Of a DNA stretch of 64,000 nucleotides, positions 49,398-57,987 are shown piece by piece (the stretch's first letter is position 1; the number at the start of each line of letters is the position of its first letter). A program made the position numbers and the translations under genes. The notes under the pieces were generated by a model. That model saw nothing but the letters and a program-made list of their open reading frames with translations. It made no database searches and was not told the origin of the DNA. The DNA is from Trueperaceae bacterium (GTDB taxonomy: Bacteria; Deinococcota; Deinococci; Deinococcales; Trueperaceae): contig JBBDRK010000043.1 of assembly GCA_040905465.1 (NCBI GenBank), positions 32,001-96,000 on the forward strand. Direction: 5' to 3'.

Positions 49398-49452
49398 TGA
49401 TTATTTCTGGCTATTAATGCTTATCTTACGATTGGCGTTTATGGGCTGTCAA
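49398..49452 (-). promoter_or_regulatory. Promoter for the deoR-sgcQ-sgcX operon with overlapping 10-bp-period repeats
   Basis: Minus strand TTGACA (49452-49447), 18 nt, TAAGAT (49428-49423); plus strand TGATTATTTC TGGCTATTAA TGCTTATCTT. Confidence 0.6.
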
Positions 49453-49567
49453 TAGAATTCGAGCGCTCAGCGACAGCGAGCACAGAAACACCTACCGTTG
49501 CCGACGCTACACGACCAAACAGCAGACATGCTACCGGGTCGCTTGTTGCGCCGGTTATGCTCTAGCC

Positions 49568-50635
49568 ATGCATCCACGTACCCTTCTTGTCACCGGCGGC
49601 GCCGGCTTTATCGGCTCGGCACTCGTGCGACACCTGATCTCCGATACGCCGCATCGGGTGGTGAACGTCGACAAGCTCACATATGCCGGTCACGTCGAGA
49701 GCCTCGCTGATGCCGCTGAAAGCTCGCGGCACCACCTGGAGCGGATCGACATCGCCGACGGGGCCGCGGTGGCGGACGTGTTCGAGCGCTACCAACCCGA
49801 CGCGGTCGTGCACCTTGCCGCCGAGACGCACGTGGACCGCTCGATCGACGGGCCGGCCGAATTCCTGCGCACCAACGTGCAGGGAACGTTCGTGATGCTG
49901 GAAGCCTCCCGCCGCTATTGGGACCGGCTGAGCGGCGGGCAGTGGGAGGAGTTCCGCTTCCTGCACGTCTCCACGGACGAGGTCTACGGTTCGCTCGGTG
50001 ACGAGGGGCGCTTCCGTGAAGACAGCAGGTACGACCCCCGCTCGCCATATTCGGCGTCGAAGGCGTCTGCGGATCACTTCGCCAAGGCGTACCACCACAC
50101 CTATGACCTCCCGGTCATCGTCACGAACTGCTCCAACAACTACGGTCCGTACCAGTTCCCGGAGAAGCTGATCCCCCTCGCTACCCTGCGCGCTTCGGCA
50201 GGAGAGCCGATCCCCGTCTACGGCGAGGGCGAAAACGTGCGCGACTGGCTGCACGTTGACGATCACGTGCGAGGCCTGATGGCGGCGCTCGAGGAGGGAC
50301 GGCCCGGCGAAACCTACAACATCGGCGGCGACAGCGAACGCACCAACCTGCAGGTGGTAAAGACGATCTGCGAAGCGCTCGACGAGTTGGTGCCGTCGAC
50401 CCGCCCCTACCATCGGCTCATCGAGTTCGTAGCGGATCGGCCCGGACACGACCTCCGTTACGCGGTCGACGCCGGCAAGATCCGCAACGAGCTGGGCTGG
50501 GCCCCACGGGTCGCCTTCGAGAGTGCCCTGCGCGAAACGGTCGCCTGGTACCTGGACAACAGGGCCTGGTGCGAGGCGGTAACCCGGGGCGCCGCCTACC
50601 GGCTGGAGCGCCTGGGCAAGCGCGAACAGGAGTAG
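49568..50635 (+). CDS. rfbB: dTDP-glucose 4,6-dehydratase
   Basis: TGGAGFIG, DKLTYAG, AAETHVDRS, STDEVYG, YSASK, NNYGP, DRPGHD. Confidence 0.95.
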   Translation: MHPRTLLVTGGAGFIGSALVRHLISDTPHRVVNVDKLTYAGHVESLADAAESSRHHLERIDIADGAAVADVFERYQPDAVVHLAAETHVDRSIDGPAEFLRTNVQGTFVMLEASRRYWDRLSGGQWEEFRFLHVSTDEVYGSLGDEGRFREDSRYDPRSPYSASKASADHFAKAYHHTYDLPVIVTNCSNNYGPYQFPEKLIPLATLRASAGEPIPVYGEGENVRDWLHVDDHVRGLMAALEEGRPGETYNIGGDSERTNLQVVKTICEALDELVPSTRPYHRLIEFVADRPGHDLRYAVDAGKIRNELGWAPRVAFESALRETVAWYLDNRAWCEAVTRGAAYRLERLGKREQE

Positions 50636-50652
50636 GGAGCGGTCGTCCTCCG

Positions 50653-51477
50653 ATGGAACTTCGTTCGCTCGGCCTGCGGACCGAGCTTATTTTCCACCGT
50701 TTTGAAGGTCAGGTGACGGACCGCGGCGCGTATCTGCTGATTCGCACACCGTCGAACCCGAACTATCACTGGGGCAACATGCTGATGTTTCCGGGGCCCC
50801 CGGGGCCCGGAGACTACGAGCGCTGGGAGGAGTTGTTCCGGTCCGAGTTGGGGAATCCGCCGCACCGGGTGTACGGCTGGGACAAGGAGCGCGAGGTTGC
50901 CGGTGGCGGTTGCGGCGGCGAGGCGAGCGGGCCGGCTCCGGTCGGTGCTATCGAGCCGTTTCTTGCCGCCGGTTTCAGGGTAGAGCAAACCGTGGTGCTG
51001 ACGGCCACCGAAGTGCATGACCCGCCGAGCATCAACCGCGAGGCCGTGGTGCGGCCCCTGAAGAGCGACGCCGACTGGCAGGCGGCGCTCGAGCTGGGGG
51101 TGCTGTGCCGCGACTTCCGCTACGGCGAGGAAGGCTACCGCACCTATCTGGCTCCCAAGATGAAGACGTACCGTCGGATGCAAGACGCCGGACTGGGCAG
51201 TTGGTTCGGTGCGTTCTGGGGCGAGAAGCTCGTGGCGGACATGGGCGTGTTCGCTGAGGCCGGGATAGCACGTTTTCAGTCGGTCAAGACGCACCCCGAC
51301 TTCCGCAGGAGAGGAATTTGCGGCACTTCCGTAGCAGAGGTGGCCAGGTACGCGCTCGGCGAACTCGGAGCGTCGCAGCTCGTGATGCTCGCCGATCCCG
51401 GCTACCAGGCGGCGCGCATCTACGAGTCGGTCGGGTTCGTTCCCCGCGAGAGGGTGGCGGGAGTCGCGCGGCCGTAG
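50653..51477 (+). CDS. GNAT acetyltransferase (two-domain)
   Basis: TPSNPNYHWGN, VKTHPDFRRRG, AARIYESVGF. Confidence 0.85.
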   Translation: MELRSLGLRTELIFHRFEGQVTDRGAYLLIRTPSNPNYHWGNMLMFPGPPGPGDYERWEELFRSELGNPPHRVYGWDKEREVAGGGCGGEASGPAPVGAIEPFLAAGFRVEQTVVLTATEVHDPPSINREAVVRPLKSDADWQAALELGVLCRDFRYGEEGYRTYLAPKMKTYRRMQDAGLGSWFGAFWGEKLVADMGVFAEAGIARFQSVKTHPDFRRRGICGTSVAEVARYALGELGASQLVMLADPGYQAARIYESVGFVPRERVAGVARP

Positions 51478-51492
51478 GAGATACCGAACCGG

Positions 51493-52869
51493 CTACCGCA
51501 AGACCTCCCATGTTCCGCCTGTCGCTTCCAACAGCTCGGCAACGGCCCTGACGTATGCGATCCAGGCGCGGTGAAGACGGACCCGGGTGCCGCCGACGGC
51601 GCTCTCCGAGCGGGCGAGGTCGCGCTTTGCCCGCGCCAGGTCACGCTCGCCGGCCGAGGCGCTCGCCTCTTCGGAACGGGTTGCGGCCGCCACTTCATCC
51701 CTGTTCAGAGTCCGCTGCGCGAGCAACTGCTCGGCGAGCGCTACCTCCTCTTCGGCCAGGGATAGCGCGGCTTCGGCCAGCTCGGCTTCGGTCACGGCCC
51801 GCTCCACGTCGATTCCGAAACGTTCGGCGAATGCGGTGATGCGCTCACGCGCTTCTTCTAGCGACCGCACCAGGAGCGGCAAGCCTTGCCAACTGTCGTC
51901 CAGGACGATCTCGGCGCTTATCTCCAATTGCCAGCGTTCGGGACCGCCGGGAGCACTCAGGCCGAAGGTCGCTCCCGGCCGGCCGTTCACGATGCCACCC
52001 TCTAAGTCCACCGTGGCGGCTCGTGTACGGTAGGCGGCGCCCAGGCGCAGGTCATCGAGAGGTCCCGCTCGGGTTTCGTCCAGTTCGGCCTCGGCCTCGA
52101 GCAGCTCGAGTTCCAGCATCCGGTAGTCATGGACATTCTCGAGGAGCATGCCGGCGCCGGCGGGATCCGGGAGCGCGAAGCGCAGCGGCTGGTACCGTGC
52201 CGGCCCGGCGAAGCCGAATTCGAATGCTCGTTCGCGTGCCTGCGCCAAATGGTGAAGGGCGCGTCGGTAGTCGAGAGCGGCCTTGCGCTGGTCCAGCCGA
52301 GCGATCCTCAGCTCGGCATGTCCGGTGGGGGAGGTGGCTGCGGCGCTCGCCGTGGTGGCGGCAAGCGCCGCGTCCGCTTCCGCCAGGTCGCGACGCTCCC
52401 GCGCCTCCTGCTCCTGCGCAAGAAGAAGCTCGGCGTGTGCCAGCAGCGCGTCTCTGACCCCGAGAACGCGCAACCGGTGGAGATCCCGGCGGGCGCGCTG
52501 GAGGGACTGCAGGCTTCTGGCGTGCGTTGCCGGGCGATCCGCGAAGTTCATCCAAGCCGACAGGCCGAAACGGGTCGTGAGTTCTCCGGCATCCGGTTCG
52601 CCGGGATAACCCTGGAAACGGAGCAGCGGGCGCAGCCGGGCCGAGTAGTCGACCTGTCCCCAGGGGGTGAGCTCCTGTGCCAGTCTCTCGACGCGCCGGC
52701 GAGCGGCTTCGGCGTCCGGGTGCTCCCAGGCCAGTGCCCTTTGGGCGAGCTGTTCGGGTTGCGCGGCGCCGGCCAACTGCGTCCACTGCAAAACGAGCAG
52801 CGCCGCCAGAAGGAGCTTCGCCGTCGTCCGGCTTGCCGGGGTTCTACGGGTGCTTTCCAAGCGATTCAT
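51493..52869 (-). CDS. Exported helical protein, probably TolC-like outer-membrane factor
   Basis: Signal peptide; two long Ala/Glu/Arg/Leu helical halves each with short beta-like segments; ends VAELLEATGG. Confidence 0.5.
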   Translation of the reverse strand: MNRLESTRRTPASRTTAKLLLAALLVLQWTQLAGAAQPEQLAQRALAWEHPDAEAARRRVERLAQELTPWGQVDYSARLRPLLRFQGYPGEPDAGELTTRFGLSAWMNFADRPATHARSLQSLQRARRDLHRLRVLGVRDALLAHAELLLAQEQEARERRDLAEADAALAATTASAAATSPTGHAELRIARLDQRKAALDYRRALHHLAQARERAFEFGFAGPARYQPLRFALPDPAGAGMLLENVHDYRMLELELLEAEAELDETRAGPLDDLRLGAAYRTRAATVDLEGGIVNGRPGATFGLSAPGGPERWQLEISAEIVLDDSWQGLPLLVRSLEEARERITAFAERFGIDVERAVTEAELAEAALSLAEEEVALAEQLLAQRTLNRDEVAAATRSEEASASAGERDLARAKRDLARSESAVGGTRVRLHRAWIAYVRAVAELLEATGGTWEVLR

Positions 52870-53121
52870 GCGTCCACCCTTTCCGGTCTCGGCCGATATC
52901 GGGATGGGCAGTCGCCTCGCTAGGTCACGGCGGCCTGCAGCCTGATTCGGCCTCTGACCAGCCAGCGGGAGGAGTGGTGGAATCGGCGAACGTGATGCCT
53001 GCTCTAATTTGTTTCAGAATACTGCCATACTATTTTCATATGCCAGACCGAAGTCCCGGGGTAGACTCCGGTCTGAGCGGGAAGTTCATCGAGAGCTACA
53101 TCGTTGACAGATGGAGGGGGC

Positions 53122-53346
53122 ATGCCGGACCAAGGGGTCGACCGAGGGGGCATTCAGGAAGTAGTCAGGGACGTTACTTCATTGGCTGAGGCCAAGGGGC
53201 GCGACCAGACGTTCGAGTTCGAGTTGTACCTGTTGCAGTGGCAGGCGGAGTTGGCGGCCGATAACGGCAGCGAGGAACTCGAGGGGTTGGTGCTGCGTGA
53301 GGCAGCCGAGTTGCGGCGGCAGATCGAGAAGATGACGACCGCCTGA
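53122..53346 (+). CDS. Small hypothetical protein (74 aa)
   Basis: GGAGG RBS, acidic helical composition. Confidence 0.6.
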   Translation: MPDQGVDRGGIQEVVRDVTSLAEAKGRDQTFEFELYLLQWQAELAADNGSEELEGLVLREAAELRRQIEKMTTA

Positions 53347-53452
53347 GAGCCGGCAGAGGAGTCTTCTACCAGTGGAACCGCGCGCGCGGCCTCGAGCGGC
53401 GCGCGCACTTCTGGTGTGCCGGAGCGCCAGCTCGGTTTCGCGTGACGTTATC

Positions 53453-54217
53453 ATGCCCCGCGTGTCCGGTTCTCAGCACCTCCCACCTGACCCGGACGGC
53501 AGGCAGACAGTCGCCGAGTCGGGCGGAGCGAGCGCTAGGACCACCTTCCTGGAGGGGGTTCGTGACATTACGCCGATGGTGCTGGCCGTGACGCCGTTCG
53601 GCGCCGTCGCCGGCCTTGCCGCGGTGGGTTCGGGGCTCGGGTTCCACGAGGCGGTCGCCCTGTCGGCCCTGGTCAATGCCGGCTCGTCGCAACTCGCCGC
53701 GTTACAGCTCTACGCGCAGGGTGCGCCGCTGCTCGTGATCCTGGCTACCACCCTCGTCGTGAACCTGCGCTTCCTCATGTACAGCATGGCCCTTGCTCCA
53801 TACCTCCACGGCGTGCCGAAGCGCTGGCGTCTGGCTGTCAGCCACGTGTTGGTGGACCAGACGTTCGCCTTCGCCGTCCGCCGCTTCGGTGACAGGCCGG
53901 GAGCCGGGCATCGCGTGGCCTACTTCCTCGGGCTGGGGATACCGCTGTTGCTGGCCTGGAACGGCGGCACCATCATCGGCGCTGCCCTGGGCGCCCAGGT
54001 TCCGGCCGGCTGGTCGCTCGACTTCGCGATTCCACTCACGTTCCTGGCGCTGTTGCTCCCGGCCATCAGGGACAGGCCGGCAGCGGTGGCCGCCGCTGCC
54101 GGCGGCGCGACGGCATTCCTCGGCCTCGGGCTCCCGTATAACCTCGGCCTGATCGTCGCCGCCCTAGTGGGAATAGCTGCCGGATTGCTGGCAGAGCGCA
54201 GATGGTGGCGAACATGA
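53453..54217 (+). CDS. azlC: AzlC family branched-chain amino acid exporter
   Basis: AGSSQ, VNLRFLMYS, LVDQTFA, LDFAIPLTF. Confidence 0.9.
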   Translation: MPRVSGSQHLPPDPDGRQTVAESGGASARTTFLEGVRDITPMVLAVTPFGAVAGLAAVGSGLGFHEAVALSALVNAGSSQLAALQLYAQGAPLLVILATTLVVNLRFLMYSMALAPYLHGVPKRWRLAVSHVLVDQTFAFAVRRFGDRPGAGHRVAYFLGLGIPLLLAWNGGTIIGAALGAQVPAGWSLDFAIPLTFLALLLPAIRDRPAAVAAAAGGATAFLGLGLPYNLGLIVAALVGIAAGLLAERRWWRT

Positions 54218-54531
54218 GTCAGTACGCCTGGCTCCTGATAGTCAGCATGGGGCTCGTGACCTTTGCGCTGCGGCTCTCCTTCCTCATGCTCAACGGCCGC
54301 CTGGTATTCCCGCCGCTGGTGCAACGGGCATTGCGCTACGTGCCCTACGCGGTGCTGGCTGCGCTGGTGGTTCCGGCACTATTCGGCGGCCGCGAGGTCG
54401 ATTTCGCGGTACAGCCGACTCGGCTGATCGCCGCCCTGGTCGGCGCCGCCATCGCCTGGCGTTCCGGCTCGGTGCTCCTGACGCTTACGCTCGGCATGGT
54501 TACCCTCTGGCTCGGCAAGTTCCTGGTCTGA
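54214..54531 (+). CDS. azlD: AzlD family protein
   Basis: TFALR, ALRYVP.AVLAALV; overlaps the azlC stop. Confidence 0.9.
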   Translation: MSQYAWLLIVSMGLVTFALRLSFLMLNGRLVFPPLVQRALRYVPYAVLAALVVPALFGGREVDFAVQPTRLIAALVGAAIAWRSGSVLLTLTLGMVTLWLGKFLV

Positions 54532-54599
54532 CTCCACGGTGGCCCGGGACCACGTCGGTTCCCGCGCCGCCGCCTACCGTGAGGCGGGAAGAGGTAACC

Positions 54600-54827
54600 A
54601 TGGCCGAGCACCGATCCGACGACTTGCCGGGCAACGACGACTCGCGTCCGACCGACACTTCAGAGAAGTACTCCCTGAGCCGATTGGCGCAGATGTTGGA
54701 TGCGCCTCTCGAGAAGGTGCGCGCGTGGTTGACCGATGAGGGCATCCACCCTGTGCACCCCGACTACCCGGAGGATTACGGGGTAGATGCGATCGAGTTC
54801 GTGCGACTGAAGGGCCACCAGTTCTGA
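54600..54827 (+). CDS. Small protein with MerR/excisionase-like HTH pattern
   Basis: GAGGT RBS; YSLSRLAQMLDAPLEKVRAWL...GIHP. Confidence 0.55.
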   Translation: MAEHRSDDLPGNDDSRPTDTSEKYSLSRLAQMLDAPLEKVRAWLTDEGIHPVHPDYPEDYGVDAIEFVRLKGHQF

Positions 54828-54852
54828 CCATCTGTACTCTCGACGAGCGATC

Positions 54853-55671
54853 CTAATCCGCGTCCCAGGCTGGTGCGTCTTTCGGCGCCACCAGTCGCTC
54901 ACTGCGGGCCAGCGTGCCTATCCTGCTCATCTCCTCCTCGCTCAACGCGAAGTCGAATACCTCGAAATTGCTGTGCCGGTGCTCGCCTGTCGACGCCTTG
55001 GGAATGGCAGCCACCCGCTCCTGCTGTATCAGCCACCGTAGCGTGACCTGAACCGGGGTCTTGCCGTGCTCCCGGCTGATTGCCTTGAGTGTCTGGTCTT
55101 TCGACACGGCGCCCCTGGCGATAGGGCTGTAGGCGGTAAGAAGATAGTCCAGCTCGTGGGCGAGTTCGATCAGCGTCTTCTGCGAGAGAAAGGGGTGGTA
55201 CTCGACCTGATTGGCGAAGATCCGGGCGTGGCGGCTGGCCTCGCGGACCAGTGCCGAGGGGAAGTTGCTGACACCCAGGTTGCGGGCCGCTCCCTCCTCC
55301 TGGAGTTCGCGCAAGGCCGCCAGGGTCTCTTCGAGCGGCACGTCGTCGTTGGGCCAGTGGAGCAACAGGAGGTCGACGTAATCGGTTCGCAGCTTGCGCA
55401 GGCTGTCGCGGGTGCTGGCGAGGGCCGCGTCGTGCCGAAAGTTGCCGGGGTGCACCTTGGTGACCAGGAAGACCTGGTCGCGCGGCACGGTCGAGTTGGC
55501 GAGGGCCGCGCCTACATGCTCCTCGTTGTCGTAGGACTGTGCGGTGTCGATGTGACGGTAGCCGATCGCGAGGGCGTCGGCTACGCTGTTGCGGCACTCG
55601 TCGCCGCTCATCCTGAACGTGCCGAATCCCAGTGCCGGTACCCGCGTCCCGTGAATGACGTGATCGATCAT
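54853..55671 (-). CDS. Aldo/keto reductase
   Basis: GYRHIDTAQSY, DLLLLHWP, GVSNF, NQVEYHP, AYSP, IPKA. Confidence 0.95.
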   Translation of the reverse strand: MIDHVIHGTRVPALGFGTFRMSGDECRNSVADALAIGYRHIDTAQSYDNEEHVGAALANSTVPRDQVFLVTKVHPGNFRHDAALASTRDSLRKLRTDYVDLLLLHWPNDDVPLEETLAALRELQEEGAARNLGVSNFPSALVREASRHARIFANQVEYHPFLSQKTLIELAHELDYLLTAYSPIARGAVSKDQTLKAISREHGKTPVQVTLRWLIQQERVAAIPKASTGEHRHSNFEVFDFALSEEEMSRIGTLARSERLVAPKDAPAWDAD

Positions 55672-55799
55672 GTTGGCCTCCTGGGGACGAAGTTACCGCA
55701 CCGAACAGGCCGCGGTGGAACACCACGGCCTGTGTCGCGCACTGTATCTCGGCCACTGCCGCTATCGGACCGGCGCAACCGGTCCGATAGCGGCTCCCG

Positions 55800-56519
55800 T
55801 CAGGCGTGAGCCATCTGGTCGCGCACCGCCGACGGCAACTGCTGCTCGAGCCACTCCGACATCGCCTCTTCCTCGCGCAGGATCTGCCGGCAGACACGCG
55901 CCGTCTCGCTATCGCCGATCTCGTCGGCGGCGGTGATTATCCCTTGGTAGGAGGCGATCTCCAACCGTTCGGCCGCGGAGTCCGCCAGGATGTTCTTCAC
56001 GAGCTCATCCTTGGCGGGCGTGGTTGCGACCCCTTGGACCGTGCCCATGACCGTGCTCATGCCGCTCTTGAGCATGGAGACCCGTCCGCCCAGGCGTTCG
56101 ATACACTCCCGAACCAGCTCGGCGTGGTGACGGGTCTCTTCCAGGTGGCGCTCGAGCCGCGCCTGCATTACCGGGTGTTCCTTCGCGTTGTGGGCGTGAT
56201 GCCTGAGGCTCTGCGCTACCGCTTTCTCCATGGCATGGGCGTCGGTGAGCCACGCGAGCAGCGTGCGCTTCTTCGCGTCCTTGGTGCCGCCGCGGTAGGC
56301 CATGCCGGCCTCGCCACCGGCCCAGCCGTACTGGTCGTCAGTTCCGGCGCGAGAACGGCGGCGCGCCAAGAACATCCCTACCGCCAGCGCGATCCCGGTG
56401 CCCATAAGCACGGTTCGCAGCGGACGACGGCGAACCATGCCGGTCAGATTCGAGCCCGTGCCGGCCTCCCGGTTCCTCTCCCGGTGTTCGATCATCGGTT
56501 CGGTTGCGTGGTAATCCAT
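55800..56519 (-). CDS. YciE/YciF (DUF892) ferritin-like protein with N-terminal membrane segment
   Basis: WLTDAHAME, HLEETRHH, EIASY, EEEAM; GGAGG RBS before MDYH. Confidence 0.82.
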   Translation of the reverse strand: MDYHATEPMIEHRERNREAGTGSNLTGMVRRRPLRTVLMGTGIALAVGMFLARRRSRAGTDDQYGWAGGEAGMAYRGGTKDAKKRTLLAWLTDAHAMEKAVAQSLRHHAHNAKEHPVMQARLERHLEETRHHAELVRECIERLGGRVSMLKSGMSTVMGTVQGVATTPAKDELVKNILADSAAERLEIASYQGIITAADEIGDSETARVCRQILREEEAMSEWLEQQLPSAVRDQMAHA

Positions 56520-56764
56520 CGGAGTAGCCCCTCCCGTGTTCTGAATCGGTGTCGACTCGGCGCTATTCTCGAGCATTAGTCCGCCGGCAACTGCCCGTCC
56601 GCGCGCCGAGTACATAGCGGTCCGCGGTGCAGTCGTCTCGGCTCGCCCCCGAGTCTAGCGGTAGCGGCCTCGGGGCTCTTGGATGTAGGCCACGAAGGAT
56701 CGACAGTATGCCGGAACTCGCCGGCCACGTGCCTCCGCAGTTACAGTCGACTATTGGAGGCCTT

Positions 56765-57151
56765 ATGCCGAAAGTAACCGTCGACGGCAAGAGCATCGAG
56801 AGCACGCCGGACCGCAGATTGGTCCTGGCGGTCGAGGAGCTGGGAATCGATATCGGCCACCGTTGCGGTGGCAAGGCGCGGTGCACCACCTGCCGGGTCG
56901 AAGTCGTCACCGGCGAACCTGACAGCATGACCAAGGCGGAGTACGCCAAGCTCGAGGAGAAAGGGTTGCTGGGCCAGGTCCGCCTGTCCTGCCAGATCCT
57001 CACCTCCCATGACATGGAGGTTCGCCCGCTGATGACACTGCAGAGCGAAGGCTGGCCAGACACCGGACCCACCCCGGACGAGGTGGTGGAGCCGGACCCG
57101 GAATGGCACCCGATGTCGGAGCTGGAGGCGGCCGCGCATGACCAACACTAG
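56765..57151 (+). CDS. 2Fe-2S ferredoxin
   Basis: CGGKARCTTC...RLSCQ; GGAGG RBS. Confidence 0.92.
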   Translation: MPKVTVDGKSIESTPDRRLVLAVEELGIDIGHRCGGKARCTTCRVEVVTGEPDSMTKAEYAKLEEKGLLGQVRLSCQILTSHDMEVRPLMTLQSEGWPDTGPTPDEVVEPDPEWHPMSELEAAAHDQH

Positions 57152-57239
57152 GAGCGATTTCTAGGAACAAACTCGGGTTGAACGAACTCACGGCGACGCG
57201 GCCAGGCTGACGGCTTTACGACCGTCAACCCAGGTCGCG

Positions 57240-57788
57240 CTACCCGCCATGACCGCCTTCGAGGAGCTCGTCTCGGGTGTTGTCCATCGCTATCGGGCCG
57301 TGGCCATCGAGGATTCGGCCTGCGTCGGCAACCCGGTCGTCCGGCACGTACAGGAACAGCAGGGTTTCGCCGCGGCGCAAGGCGTGGCTGTATTCGTTGG
57401 AGTCGAGAGGCGGAATGCCACTTCGAGCCAGTGCACCGGCAACTCCGCCGGTCGCCCCACCGAGGCCCGCCCCGGCCAGAGCGGAAGCCAACGGACCGAC
57501 CGCCAGGGCGGGGCCGATCCCGGGGATCACCAACAGGCCCAGTCCCATCAACAACCCGGTAGCGCCACCGAGAGCGGCGCCGGCTGTCACCCCGAGCGCC
57601 GCCCCGGAGGACATCTTCTCGGGATCGTCCGCCAGCGGCATCTCGTCCATGGTGTCGAATCCCAGGGACTGAGACGAGTGCGGCGCGATGAGGCTTATCG
57701 CGGCGCGATCGAACCCCGCGGCAACCAGGGCTTCGGTAGCGTCGCTCGCGTCTTCGAGCCTTTCGAATAGCCGAGAGACCGATTTCAT
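57240..57788 (-). CDS. General stress protein (Gly-rich membrane hairpin family)
   Basis: GAALGG..GLL.GLG...IPGIGP..AVGP; AAGGAGG RBS. Confidence 0.82.
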   Translation of the reverse strand: MKSVSRLFERLEDASDATEALVAAGFDRAAISLIAPHSSQSLGFDTMDEMPLADDPEKMSSGAALGVTAGAALGGATGLLMGLGLLVIPGIGPALAVGPLASALAGAGLGGATGGVAGALARSGIPPLDSNEYSHALRRGETLLFLYVPDDRVADAGRILDGHGPIAMDNTRDELLEGGHGG

Positions 57789-57987
57789 TACCCCTCCTTC
57801 CGGGGCATTGCCTTACCCGTCCATGCCCGCTCGCTGGCGTCTTCAGCACCCGAACCGACAGGGCGTGGCATCTACCCTAGCGGCTCGAGGTGCCGGCGAC
57901 AATGGCGGCTCGCACGCAAACCGGCGGGCGTGAAATCGGCTGTGGTGGGGGAAGCTTCGCGCGGAACGGCGCCCGTGAAGTGCGAAG

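Noticed and set aside
54600-54827. Excisionase marking a prophage or ICE
   Set aside because: No integrase, att repeats or phage genes in the window
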